DNA of 64,000 bases from Heterodontus francisci (lineage: Eukaryota): assembly GCF_036365525.1 (NCBI RefSeq), contig NC_090412.1, positions 6,676,123 through 6,740,122 of the forward strand, in the 5' to 3' direction. The notes under the pieces were generated by a model, which searched no databases, was not told the DNA's origin, and saw only the letters and a list, made by a program, of their open reading frames with translations. Positions 50,365-63,173 of the stretch are shown one piece after another. Every line of letters starts with the position of its first letter. The stretch's first letter is position 1. The translations under genes were made by a program, and so were the position numbers.

Positions 50365-51367
50365 GTAGGGTCCATTTTATAAAGCATTTAAAACGATCTT
50401 TTAGAAAAAAAAATCATTCTGGGGATATGGGAGTCACTAGTGAGTTCAGTTTTTATTGCCCATTTCTAAATACCCTTGAGAAGGTGCTGGTGCGTGGCTT
50501 TCTTGAACAGCTGTAGTCAGTGTGGTGGAGGTACATGGGCAGTGCTGTTCCAACCCTCTGTGTATCAGCAATCTCATCATCACTGCTGGAAGACTTCCCC
50601 AATTGCTCTCTCTTGTGAAATTGTAAATGTGCTTTCACAATTGTGTTGAAGCAGCCAACGTCAGAAACAATATAACCAATGCATAGCAAACTGAAGCAAT
50701 CTTAACCTCACAATTATGGATATGAATTCATGAGCTCATTCTGAGCTGTTGGTAATGTAGCCCCCATGTGCACCAACAGTTTACCTCCCCCGATGTGTTG
50801 TGGTCATGTTTCGGTCACAGTACTGTACTAACATCCCCGCGACCCCCCCCCTCCCCAAGGCAACGTGGGACATTGAGCTCAATAATCTCATTTTACCTAT
50901 GAGTGACGCAGAATATACAGTACAGAAACAGGCCATTCGGCCCAACCAGTCCATGCTTCCATTTATACCCCATTCCACTTGTGGGCTAAGAGCAGGATAA
51001 ATGACCATGGAAACTGCCAGATCATTAAAGTCATTAAACCCCAACTGGTTAACTAATGTCCTTCAGAGAACAGAACATACTACCCATACCTGGTCTGGCG
51101 TACACACCACTCCCATCCCTCACCGAGGGGTGCGGGGGGGGTGTTGGCTCGCAATTCCCTCTTAAGCAGTCCACTCTGTTGTGATCAATCGCTATAAAGA
51201 AGATCCACCACCATCTCCTCAGAACTATAGGGATGGGCAATGAATGTGGGTTTGCCCACGTCACGCACGTCCCAAAAACAATTTTTATAAAGTCACTCAT
51301 AGCGTCTTGAACAAAGCTTTCTTTCTCCAAATTTTAACCTTAGGGTTCATATCTATTATATCTGTAC

Positions 51368-51810
51368 CTAGATCATAGAATTATACAGCACAGAAACAGG
51401 TAATTTGGCCCATCGTGTCTGTGTCAGCTCTTCAAAAGAGTTATTCAGTTCTTCCCACTTCCCTGCTCTTGCCCCATAACTCTGCACATTTTTTCCCTTC
51501 AAGTATTTATCCAATTCCCTTTTGAAAGTTACTATTGAATCTGCTTCCACCGCCCTTTCAGGCAGCACGTTCCAGATCACAACAACTCACTGCTTAAAAG
51601 TCTTTCACCTCATGTCACATCTGGTTCTTTTGCCAATCATCTTAAACTGTATTCTCTGGTTACCGACCTTCCTGCCAGTGGAATCAGTTTCTCCTTATTT
51701 ACTCTATCAAAACCCTTCATGATTTTGAACACCTCTATCAAATCTCCCCTTAGCCTTCTGTGCTCTAAGGAGAACAATCCCAACTTCTCCAGTCTCTCCA
51801 CATAACTGAA
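51368..51810 (-). mobile_element. CR1 LINE 3' fragment
   Basis: FSYVERLEKLGLFSLEHRRLRGDLIEVFKIMKGFDRV plus 3' UTR. Confidence 0.9.
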
Positions 51811-51871
51811 GATGTTGTAATCCCACATATTTAAATATGAAAGGAGCTATACTCATTTAAATAACTTGAAA

Positions 51872-52190
51872 GGGGCGGCACAGTGGCACAGCGGTTAGCA
51901 CCGCAGCCTCACAGCTCCAGGGACCCGGGTTCGATTCTGGGTACTGCCTGTGCGGAGTTTGCAAGTTCTCCCTGTGACCGCGTGGGTTTTCGCCGGGTGC
52001 TCCGGTTTCCTCCCACAGCCAAAGACTTGCAGGTTGATAGGTAAATTGGCCATTGTAAATTGCCCCTAGTGTAGGTAGGTGGTAGGGAATATGGGATTAC
52101 TATAGGGTTAGTATAAATGGGTGGTTGTTGGTTGGCACAGACTCGGGCTGAAGGGCCTGTTTCAGTGCTGTATCTATAAATAAATAAATA
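51872..52190 (+). mobile_element. HE1-type SINE
   Basis: A and B boxes, same body, (TAAA)n tail. Confidence 0.9.
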
Positions 52191-52386
52191 GTTTAGTAGA
52201 TGTTAATTTTATGGAAAGCTTTTCAATTATGAAATTTCATGTTTCTGAGCTGTAAACAATGACGATATTGTAATGCAGAGTCACGTTCCATTGTATTAAT
52301 AGGATTGAAAGAAATGTTTGTGTTAAGGTTATTGAAAGTGAGTGGAAGTTGTCACAATAATTAATTGTGCTCCTTTTTACATAAAG

Positions 52387-52506
52387 GGGAATATTTATAT
52401 TCTGGCTGCACTTGATCGGGAGAAAAAAGATCACTACACACTAACAGCTGTTGCCAAGGACAACCCAGGTGATAATCCGAGTAATCGCAGAGAGAATGCC
52501 GTCCAG
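52387..52506 (+). CDS. CDH23: Cadherin-23 coding exon (about exon 53), 120 nt
   Basis: Acceptor ttttacataaag (AAG type), donor GTAACT. Encodes GNIYILAALDREKKDHYTLTAVAKDNPGDNPSNRRENAVQ. Confidence 0.96.
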
Positions 52507-52627
52507 GTAACTCCCACACCTGCTGACAGGTGATTCCAGTTGTTTCGTGCTCTTGGCGTATCTACAAGGGCGAGTTCCGATTAAGTTAATTACCAAATAA
52601 AAATGATCCTTGGTAATCACGACACTG

Positions 52628-53138
52628 GGCGCTGGTCACTATACCTCAGGAAAGATATATTTGCCTTGGAAGGGTGCAGCGCAGATGCACCAGAATGACA
52701 CTGAGGCTAAAAGGGTTAAATTATGAGGACAGGTTGTGTGGACAAGGCCTGTATTCCCTTGAGTATAGAAGATTAAGGGATGATCTAATTGAGGTGTTTA
52801 CGATGGTTAAAGGATTTGATAGGGTAGATAGGGAGAAACTATTTTCTCTGCTGCGACATAACCTTAAAATTAGAGCTAAGCTGTTCAGGAGTGATGTCAA
52901 GAAGCACTTCTTCACACAAAGGGTCGCGGAAATCTGGCACTGTGTCCGCCAAAAAAGCTGTTGAGGTCGGGGGTCAATTGGAAATGTCAAAACTGAAATT
53001 GATAGCTCTAGGTTCGGCAAGGGCATTAAGGATGACAGAACGAAGTTGGTTAGATAGAGTTAAGTTACAACTTAGCCAAGATATAATTGAATGCCAGTAC
53101 AGGCTCAAGGAGCTGAATGGGGTTCTCCTGTTTGTATG
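52628..53138 (+). mobile_element. CR1 LINE 3' fragment
   Basis: QRRCTRM...YEDRL...LYSLEYRRLRDDLIEVFTMVKGFDRVDREKLF. Confidence 0.88.
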
Positions 53139-53944
53139 TTCATTGTCCAGGGCCTCAGCCTACCCTGTTCACGCAGTTGGCACTAGCCTCATATTCTCCT
53201 CTCTCATCATCTGGCCTGTGATGTTTTGTGCACCCTCTCCTCCCTTCATCTAACTTAGTAAGAGACGATTCAGTTGCCACAGTCCACTCTCTGGAACTCC
53301 ATCCCAAAACCCTTCTGTCTCACCACCTTTCTATGTACCTCCATCTCAACATTCATCTTTTCAACCAAGCCTTCGTTCACCCCTCCCATCCCTCCCTCTA
53401 TGGATCAACGAGCTTTCTCCTTCAACCTTCCAGTTGAAGTTAGAGGCAATGTAGAAGGTGCAAATTGTCATTTTGTGGGCAAACACAGCAGCCCCAGGGC
53501 ACATAGCAACATCCCACAGACAGAGCACCCCTCCGACTGTGACAGAAACACAGGCACACACTCAGAAGGAAGCAAACGATTTTCAAGATAATTTAACGTT
53601 ATATATTTTTTTAAATATGTGTATTTCTCAAACAATTAAAATGTTTGATTTTTCAAAGATGCTGCCATAGCCATCCAGGTGAGGCCTCCCCTATTACCCA
53701 GTACTTCAAAATAATATAAGTAAATTGAAAGAAAGTGTGACCTTGCACAGTGTGTTGCACTTTCAACATGGTCCTGGCTGCTCTCTAAGGTTCCAGAAAC
53801 TTCAGTCCACATAAGTCTTCTGTCTATTAACAGAGACTATTGACATTTACCACAGGAAGGGACAAAATGTTCCAGAAAAGGTCTTAGTGTTATCTATTGC
53901 TGCCTTACCTTTCAGTATAATACTCAATCATTCTCATTAAATTT

Positions 53945-54262
53945 CACAGTGGCGCAGTGGTTAGCACCGCAGCCTCACAGCTCCAGCGACCTGGGTTCAA
54001 TTCTGGGTACTGCCTGTGTGGAGTTTGCAAGTTCTCCCTGTGTCTGCGTGGGTTTCCTCCGGGTGCTCCGGTTTCCTCCCACAAGCCAAAAGACTTGCAG
54101 GTTGATAGGTAAATTGGCCATTATAAATTGCCCCTAGTGTAGGTAGGTGATGTGGTAGGAATATGGGATTAGTGTAGGATTAGTATAAATGGGTGGTTGA
54201 TGGTCAGCACAGCCTCGGTGGGCCGAAGGGCCTGTTTCAGTGCTGTATCTCTAAACTAAAAA
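53945..54262 (+). mobile_element. HE1-type SINE
   Basis: A and B boxes, same body, CTAAA tail. Confidence 0.9.
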
Positions 54263-56881
54263 TCCGCTCTTGGAACTTAAATAAAGATACAAGCCATCCA
54301 GTCTTTCACCTCCTTCGAATAATGACATTGTCCACTGGAACTACTAGGACTGGCATGCTGGGACCTCAGTTTAACAGCTTATGTGACTCTTTTTATTTGT
54401 TTCATGGGATGTGGGCGTCACTGGCTATGCCACCATGTATCGCCCATCCCTAATTGCCCTTGAGAAGGTGGTGACGAGCCGCCTTCTTGAACCGCTGCAG
54501 TCCATGTGGGGTAGGTACACCCACAGTGCTGTTAGGGAGGGAGTTCCAGGATTTTGACCCAGCGACAGTGAAGGAACAGCGATATAGTTCCGAGTCAGGA
54601 TGGTGTGTGGCTTGGAGGGGAACTTTCAGATGGTGGTGTTGGCGTCACTCTGTATGTCACTCCCTCAGTGCGGCACTTAAGTGGCTCAGATTGTGATCTT
54701 GCAATTTGAAATGGGGCTGGAACCTACATCCTTCTGAGTTAGAGGCAAGAACGCAGCCAACTGAGCCAAGCTGGTACACCACGTATGTACGGCAGGTTCT
54801 ACATCAACATGCAAACCACAAGTACAAGAGTCTCACATTCATCTCATTACTCATTAGCTCAACAGAAAATGGGCAGAAAAATCTCTAAAGAGGAAGTGTT
54901 AAAACCATGAGGTACTTACTGGGTGGCACAGTGCTGCAGAACTTTGCTCTTTAACCTCTGGCGTGAATCAGATCTAACCAAGACTGATCGGATGAAAATT
55001 TACTCTAACTTGAAGCTGCACTGATCTTGGGCGGAATGAAAGGAGCAGTCACAAGCAGTGAGCTTGGGAACATAAAGCCGTTCCTAATTTGCCACAACAG
55101 CGTACATTTATATAGTGCCATTAAGGTAGTAGAATGTCCCAAGGGGCTTCGCAGGAGAATTATCAAACAAAATTTAACACTGAGCCACATAAGGAGGACA
55201 GGTGACTAGGTCGAAGAGGTAGGTTTTAAGGGGCGTCTGAAAGGAGGAGAGAGAGGTTCAAGGGGGAATTCTGGAGCTCGGGGTCCAGGCAGCTGAAAGC
55301 ACGGCCACCAATGGTGGAGCGATTAAAATTGGGGATGGTTAAGAGGTCAGAATTGGAGGAATGTGGAGAGATCAGAGAGTATTGCAGCACTGGAGGAGGT
55401 TACAAGAGATGGGGACAGAGGCGAGGCTGTTGAGGGATTTGACAGCAAGGGTGAGGATTTAAAAATTGAGTTGTTACTGTACTGGGAGCCAGTGTGGGCT
55501 AGCAAACACATTTAGCACAAAATTTAGCACATCACTTGTGGGAGCAATAAGAGTAGCCAAAGGTGAAATTAAGGTCAAAGACTAATTGCCAGATTTTGGC
55601 ATGCCCTCTTCAAAATATTATCTACATTTTTATGTTCACTGAAAGCCTCGCCTCAAATGTTTTCTGCTGCTTGGCACTGACAGTAAACCAAGAACACACG
55701 ATCGACCAATTCAAATAATATTTTAAAATGTTTCAAAATAAATTGAAGGGGACAGGATGCAGGAAGGTGCTCTTTCGACATAGTCCTTCCTATTTCCAAA
55801 GGTTCTTTCCTGTTCTAGAACATTCTTCCCACACCAGACTGCTGTCTGCAGATTGATGCATCACACAGGAATGGACACAGTAGCTAAATGGTGTCAGTGG
55901 GAGATTTAAAAATCACAAAGGTTGCTGGGTGAAAAAATACTTCATATTTTCCTCTTGATCTCTTGTCAATCATGAAATTCACTGCATATATTGAGCTTTC
56001 TGATAGGATGTAAAGTATCTGAGATAAATGCAGACTGTCGTAAGTGAGGACCTTACACTCCAAATCAACCCTTCCAGGTTTTAGCACTGCCGATACTTCC
56101 AGTTATTAATTTTAATAACTGGAAAATCAAGAGTTCTGAGCTCTGTATCCAATTCTCCGGAATCCCAGAAAACTTATCCAGTGACCTGTTTCAGTGCCAA
56201 ACACGAGATCCCAAAAGACTATGGATGCTCTGTCAATTGGAGATTTCAAGAATCAGAGAACAGATAGCTGTGTAATGGTATAAAGGGAAAGGGAGCAAAG
56301 GCAGATAAATGGAGTTGAGATACAGGTCAGCCATAATCTAATTGAATGACAGAGCAGGCTCAAGGGGCTGAATGGCCTACTTCTGTTCCTGAAGTTACTA
56401 ACTCAGGCACTAACTAAGATGTAGAAGGTCATCAGCTGCAGTCTTCCTGTTTTACCATTGGAACCTACCATAAGCAGTCAAGAGATTGAGGCCATCTGAA
56501 CATATGAAGTAGGAGTAGGAGTAGCCCATTCGGTCCTCGAGCCTGGGCCACCATTCAATACGATCATGGCTGATCTTCTCGCTCAACTCCCCTTTCCCGC
56601 CTGTTCCCCATATCCCTTGTGTCACAAACTCTTATCAATCTCAGCCTTGCATGTACTCAATGAATGAACATTCACAACCCACTGGGCTGGAATATTCAAA
56701 TATTCACAACCCTCTGAATGAACAAATTTCTCCTCATCTCAATCCTAAACGGCCAACCCCTTATTCTGAGACTGTGACCCCGCCTAGCTCTAGACTACCC
56801 AGACAGGGGAAACGGCCTCCCAGCATCTACCCGGTCAAGCCTTCCCGGTCAGGTCCTTATGGTTAATTGCCTCACTCTATT

Positions 56882-57170
56882 AAAGACTTACATTCATCTA
56901 GCACCTATCACAACCTCAGTACATCCCAAAGTTCTTTACAGACAATGAAGCAGTTTTTGAAGGATATTCACTGTTGTAACGTGGGAAATGGGGCTGTGCC
57001 ACAAATAGCATTGGGATAATGACCTTTTTTTGGCAGTTAGTTACAGGATAAATGTTGGCCCCAGGACATCAGGGAGGACTGCCTGCTTTTCTTCAAAATA
57101 GTGACCATGGGATGTTGTAAGCCCACCTGAGAGGGCAGGCAGGGCCTCGGTTTAACATCTCATCCAAATG
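56882..57170 (-). mobile_element. Deu-domain SINE fragment
   Basis: Core and tail on the minus strand. Confidence 0.75.
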
Positions 57171-57588
57171 ATCAGGTACTTGGCCAAGCAAAACCCTGGA
57201 GTGGTGAAATCTCACCTCCTCCCTGATCAAGATATCCCCGTCGTTCGAATGGACAACCAACCAACCTATGAAAGGAGATGCAGCCAAAGGTCATTCTGCT
57301 TCTTTCGCCCTTTTTTAAAACGAGCTTAACCAATTTCCTGAGGATTGCATCACCCGTTTCTGAGAAGTGAAAGAGGATGTGGTGACTTTTGTAATGTGTC
57401 AAACATTCGCAGACGAATAACAAAGGGCTTTAAACACTCGACCAAGTGATTGGCAGAGCCAAATCCAGAGAACACCAATTACTTTTGTTGGTAAGCTGCA
57501 GCACTATATTGTCCCTTATTTAAAGTTACGGGGGGAGGGAGGTGGTTTCCGATGTTTCCACGATCCAGTGTTCCTTAAGGTTCACCTT

Positions 57589-57905
57589 TAATCTTCTTGT
57601 TCTTCTTTGGCCTCCTTGTCCCGAGAGACAATGGGTAAGCGCCTGGAGGTGGTCAGTGGTTTGTGAAGCAGCGCCTGGAGTGGCTATAAAGGCCAATACA
57701 AGAGACACAGACTCTTCCACAGGTGCTGCAGATAAAATTGGTTGTCGGGGCTGTTACACAGTTGGCTCTCCCCTTGCACTTCTGTCTTTTTTCCTGCCAA
57801 CTGCTAAGTCTCTTCGACTCGCCACTCTTTAGCCCCGCCTTTATGGTTGCCTGCCAGCTCTGGCGATCGCTGGCAACTGACTCCCACGACTTGTAATCAA
57901 TGTTA
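57589..57905 (-). mobile_element. RTE-clade LINE 3' end
   Basis: WESVASDRQSWQATIKAG...FICSTCGRVCVSCIGLYSHSRRC (RTE C-terminal zinc-finger-like motif) followed by a GAA-rich tail. Confidence 0.85.
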
Positions 57906-58014
57906 CCTTTAATAATCCACACCTAAACCCTCTGGGGGAGAAAAAAAAGAATGACCTGCATTTACAGGTCAAGCCTTCCCGCTCAGGTCACTATGGTTAA
58001 TTGCCTCACTCTAA

Positions 58015-58320
58015 TAAATCTTACATTCATATAGCAGCTTTCACAAACTCAGACTCTCCCAAAGTGTTTTACAGCCAATAAAGCACTTTTGAAGCGTAAG
58101 TCACTGTTGTAATGTAGGAGACACTGCAACCAATTTGCACACAGCAAGCTCCCACAAACAGCAATATGATGAGGAACAGATTAGCTTTTTTAATGGTGTT
58201 GATCGAGGGATAAATATTGGCCAGGACACTGGGGAGAAATCCCCTGCTGTTCGTCGAAATTATACTGTGGTATCTTTTACATCCACCCTAGAAGGTAGAC
58301 GGGGCCTCGGTTTAATGACT
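58015..58320 (-). mobile_element. Deu-domain SINE fragment
   Basis: Core and tail on the minus strand; shares its flank with the 56882 copy. Confidence 0.75.
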
Positions 58321-59095
58321 CGAGAGTAACCTCCATATTAGGCAAACAGTTGACTGCCGGGTTCTCTATCTTGGTTTGCAGACCTTGGTGATTAGATTGT
58401 GTGTCAGACACCAACTGATCAGATCAGAACTCTCCTCCAATCTCTAGTCATCAGCAATAATGAACATACACCTTTTCATTGATATCACAGTTTCACAGTG
58501 ATTGGAACTCACCACTGACACTTCTCAATATACATTACCAGCTCAAATTAAGTTAAGAGTTTGAACTTTTAGCCACAGACAGGCTCTCACTCTCTGTCTG
58601 TAGGGACCACCAAGAAATGCACTTGTTTCAAAGAACCATTTTGCCCATTTAAGACTGGCTTTCAACAGGTGAGAAGCAAATCTGCTTCGAAACTCAGTCC
58701 CACAGTTAGGGCTGATGTCTTACTCTGGATGCCCAGTGCATGAAATGTACCTGAGATGCCCCTGGCGGCAGTTAGCTGCATGTATTTGTGGCCCACCTTT
58801 CGCATGGTCCAGGGTTTCCTAGCGCAGCCACTTCACCTCCCCTTCCCACTGGTCGTCCTCCCCACCCCACCCCTTCTCACTCCCCATTCCCCGCCCTTCA
58901 AAGTGCCGAATAAAAAAGGGGTGGAGTGACTGTCACATCACTTGGCTCTGGTCAGATTGGGACGTGGACTCTGAGCTTACGTTATCACTATGACAATGAG
59001 GTGCGCCCAGAACCATTTTCAAGCTGACTCAAAACGGACAGTATAACTGCTGCTCGATTCTCGTGGGCTAATGCAGTTGTTATTTATTGCTACAG

Positions 59096-59273
59096 GTGCT
59101 GGTGACTGTTCTGGACGTCAATGACTATCGTCCCCAGTTCTCCAAGAACGTGTTTAGCACCAGTGTGTATGAGAATGAACCAGGAGGGGCTTCCGTGGTA
59201 ACCATGACTGCGTCAGATCTGGACGAGGGGGAAAATGCAGTGTTACAGTATAGTATTCAGGGGCCTGGTGTCG
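59096..59273 (+). CDS. CDH23: Cadherin-23 coding exon (about exon 54), 178 nt
   Basis: Acceptor tgctacag, donor GTAAGA. Encodes VLVTVLDVNDYRPQFSKNVFSTSVYENEPGGASVVTMTASDLDEGENAVLQYSIQGPGV(E). Confidence 0.98.
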
Positions 59274-60624
59274 GTAAGATAAATAGTTATTTAATCCCTT
59301 TAAGGGAACAATGTACATTTTATTTGAATGTTTTTCTGCTCCCCGTTTATATTTCAAAGCTCCTTACTTTGCATGCCACACAAGGTGCCTCACCACTGAA
59401 TAGAGCATGTTGCTAATCTCCCTTCGAACATTCCCAGAGCAGCTTAGAGTTTGATCCTGCTGCTCAGAGATTTGCGAGAGGCTGAGAGACAGGAGAGGGA
59501 TGGGGTAGCTTGCTTTGGTGAGCTTTCTTCTTCCTCTGGATGGTGCTTCACCTCCACTCAGGATCTCCTCAGGGATTGGATGGCCTCACGTAGTTAGGTA
59601 CTGAGTGGGGGACATCAGCAGCAGGGAAAAGGAGGGATGATCTGGACCCAAAACAATTGGGTGGGGATTGGGGAACCCCACAATGTGTTAAACCGGCCAA
59701 TCACAATTCTAAACTCCTTGAAAAAACATTAACATTTCACATCACCATTACAGGGTCAATAAACCAGCTCCCTGTACAAGAAATCAATTAGAGCCAAACA
59801 AAAGTCCCATATATTTTATTAAAACTCTTCACAATGCATGTTAAGGAAAGATTATGCACCGTAATAATTAATCGCTAATTGACGCTAAAGGCAAGAAATT
59901 ATTGTCAATAATTGTGGATAAATTTCCTTCCCTGTTTTTGCGGAGGCCTTAATCTGTTTTTTTTATGTCAGGTGCTCGGTTTTCCGAGGGCACTTTCTTT
60001 TCTCTCCTCTCGAGATTTAGCTCTCTTTCCCCACCCCAGCATATCTGCCTCTTCGTCTCACTTTCTCTGCCCTTTTTTAAAATTCTTTCACGGGTTGTGG
60101 GCGTCGCTGGCTAGGCCAGCATTTATTGCCCATCCCTAATTGCCCTGGAGAAGGTGGTTGTGAGCTTCCTTCATAACTTGCTGGGCCATTTCATAAAAGT
60201 CAGTCACATTGCTGTGGGTCTGGAATCGCACAGAGGCCTGGCCAAGTAACAACCACAACTCTGTTTCCCTAAAGGGCATTAGTGAACCAGATGGGTTTTT
60301 ACAACAATCGTGGTAACTGTAGCTTTTTATTCCAGATTTATTTAATTAACTGAATTCAATTCACAAACTGCCATGGTGGGATTTGAACTCTTGACTCCAG
60401 ATTATGTGTCTAGGTCTCTGGTTTACTAGTCCAGGAACATAAGCATTGTGTTACAATGCCCACATATATGTACTCTTCCCCCTCTCTTCCTCTTACTCAG
60501 ACTGTGGCCTAGAAATACACATGGACCTGTTTTCGCTGCATGACAAGGGGTTTGCCAGCAAGGAGAGACTCTAGGATTGCTGGAAATTTTACATGTGGGT
60601 CATCTATTCTCTCTTTCCTTTCAG

Positions 60625-60836
60625 AGGCTTTTAGAATTGATGAGAACACAGCTGTGATCACCACCACACGACTCCTGGAATCCTACGAGAGATTTAATTT
60701 AACCGTTGTCGCCACTGATCGAGGCAGGCCACCACTCTGGGGGACAACTTTGCTGAAGATTGAAGTGATTGATGTGAATGACAATCGGCCGATGTTTGTC
60801 AGACCTCCCAATGGGACGATATTGCACATCATGGAG
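60625..60836 (+). CDS. CDH23: Cadherin-23 coding exon (about exon 55), 212 nt
   Basis: Acceptor ccttttcag, donor GTAACA. Encodes (E)AFRIDENTAVITTTRLLESYERFNLTVVATDRGRPPLWGTTLLKIEVIDVNDNRPMFVRPPNGTILHIME. Confidence 0.98.
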
Positions 60837-61071
60837 GTAACACACCTGGTGCAGGTCCCTCTGACCCACTAACAGTGAGAGTCCCTCGGACAGACCAGTA
60901 ATGGGAAAATTTTAAACAACAAAATGTTGGTTAAGAATAAAGAATAATTCTAAACTCTCTTTAGGCAGCATTAGAAATGGGACAGTAGTTTGTAGTTTTG
61001 CACATCTCATGTGGCAGGAAATTTATTGGTTTATAAAGCTTATCAGGAAGAGTTAAGAGAACATTACACAA

Positions 61072-61429
61072 GGCGGTACAGTGGCGCAGTGGTTAGCACT
61101 GCAGCCTCACAGCTCCAGGGACCCGGGTTCGATTCTGGGTACTGTCTGTGTGGAGTTTGCAAGTTCTCCCTGTGTCTGCGTGGGTTTCCTCCGGGTGCTC
61201 CGGTTTCCTCCCACAAGCCAAAAGACTTGCAGGTTGGTAGGTAAATTGGCCATGAGAAATTGTCACTAGTATAGGTAGGTGGTAGGGAAATATAGGGACA
61301 GATGGGGATGTTTGGTAGGAATATGGGATTAGTGTAGGATTAGTATAAATGGGTGGTTGATGGTCGGCACAGACTCGGTGGGCCGAAGGGCCTGTTTCAG
61401 TGCTGTATCTCTAATCTAATCTAATCTAA
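61072..61429 (+). mobile_element. HE1-type SINE
   Basis: Near-identical to 255-603; (TCTAA)n tail. Confidence 0.9.
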
Positions 61430-61784
61430 GTCTGAAGTGAATAAAGGCCATTCAGTCCATCAGTTCCATTCTATCCAGTGTCTAGTCTCATTGTCACTGA
61501 AATTCCTGTGTATTGGCACTGCTGAGTATATTTTGTCCATACCTGTAGGAATATAAACAAGTGGAAAATGTGATAGCCATTCACTAAACTGATTCCAAAA
61601 TGTAAACAGTCCCACTCTACTTTCTGTCTCTTCTTCTGCTCAGTTGCTTTTTTAGCCAAAAAAATATATATATTTGTTTCCCTTTTAAGTTTCTGGACTA
61701 TCAGCCCCTGCAGTACAGGAATGGACCCATGGATTGAGACTGGGATAACCTTAAACTTTTGTTGTACTTGCTTTTGTTCCCTAG

Positions 61785-61976
61785 GAGAGAGACGCAGGGT
61801 TCAATGTGTATGAGGTGCTGGCTACTGACAATGATGAAGGTTTGAATGGAGCAGTCAGGTATGGCTTCCTGAAGACAGCGGTCAACAGAGACTGGGAGTA
61901 TTTCAGCATCGACCCTGTCACTGGGATCATCAATACTACAGCCAGGCTGGACCGGGAGAGACAGGCTGTCTATAAT
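61785..61976 (+). CDS. CDH23: Cadherin-23 coding exon (about exon 56), 192 nt
   Basis: Acceptor ttccctag, donor GTGAGT. Encodes ERDAGFNVYEVLATDNDEGLNGAVRYGFLKTAVNRDWEYFSIDPVTGIINTTARLDRERQAVYN. Confidence 0.98.
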
Positions 61977-62403
61977 GTGAGTGATTGGTGTGCAGCGTCC
62001 TGTAATCTCTGTCATTGTACAGACAACGCGTCTGTTTATAGTGGGAAGGAATATTTGGATGTTGTCTGAAATCCAACTTTCTGTGTATTAGGGGATGCTG
62101 TCCATTCCATCTCCCAGGAACCTTATAAACTTAATGCAGTCTTATTTAATTGCAAGGGCAAGCGTCCACATCCGCCCATGCTTCCAGTGTTATGAAATCA
62201 CTGCCAGGTGTGAGTAACACTTGTGCAGAGCTCTTTCCTGTCTGGCAATGCTGGCTGCAGCCAGCAGTATAGCCAGGTCTTGTCAGCTGTGCTTCACTCT
62301 GTATCTAAATTTAACTGCAATGCAGACTTGAATAGATGGCCTCCTGGGTTTTTGCCCCACTGTTCACTGCTGAATAGCAAGAACAGGTGGGTCTTTTTTT
62401 TTT

Positions 62404-62541
62404 AAGAACATTACAGCGCAGTACAGGCCCTTCGGCCCTCGATGTTGCGCCGACCTGTGAAACCATCTGACCTACACTATTCCATTTTCATCCATATGTC
62501 TATCCAATGACCACTTAAATGCCCTTAAAGTTGGCGAGTCT
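62404..62541 (-). mobile_element. Young CpG-rich CR1 3' end
   Basis: Reverse complement ...ggtcggcgcaacatcgagggccgaagggcctgtactgcgctgtaatgttc; same tail type as the HE1 SINEs. Confidence 0.75.
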
Positions 62542-63059
62542 TGCTTTGTACTTGGCCTCATTGCTGCCATTGATGAACTTGAAGCATGGTTTCTGAATAT
62601 GGGGGTGTGATTATTTTGATCATGTATCATTGCTGACAGTGAAAAGCCATCAGCAGCAAATCAGTAGTTTGGGAGAGGAGACAATGTGTATTTGTTATCA
62701 GTGAGTATTGACACCTCAGCAAATGAGTTGGAGGCAGAATGAGACTTACAGCAGGTCTCGCAATAAAGAGTCTGTTTAATACAAACTACAAATGGGGTTC
62801 ATGATGAAACAACAGCAAAGTCTCCTCATAATAAAAGCAGGGTTATTTCTGCAGCAAAATGCAGTGAGTGGAGAATAGTCACATACAATTTATGTGCAAA
62901 ATCAGTCTCAGTCACGCCAGACAGGATTGAATGGGGAAATTGCCCAGTTGGCTCCAGTTCTGGCCAAGAGTAGAGTTAACGCTATATGCAGCCTTTTGTG
63001 GTAACGAGCAGAACGCTAGCAATGCATCTTCTTTTCATGATTCTTTGTTTTCTTTTTAG

Positions 63060-63173
63060 CTGATTCTCCTGGCGTATGACCTTGGGCAACCTGTTCCCTA
63101 TGAGACCACACAGCTTCTGCAGGTGGCTCTGGATGATATTGATGACAATGAACCACTCTTCCTCAAACCACCT
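63060..63173 (+). CDS. CDH23: Cadherin-23 coding exon (about exon 57), 114 nt; gene continues beyond the window
   Basis: Acceptor ctttttag, donor GTAAGA. Encodes LILLAYDLGQPVPYETTQLLQVALDDIDDNEPLFLKPP. Confidence 0.97.
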
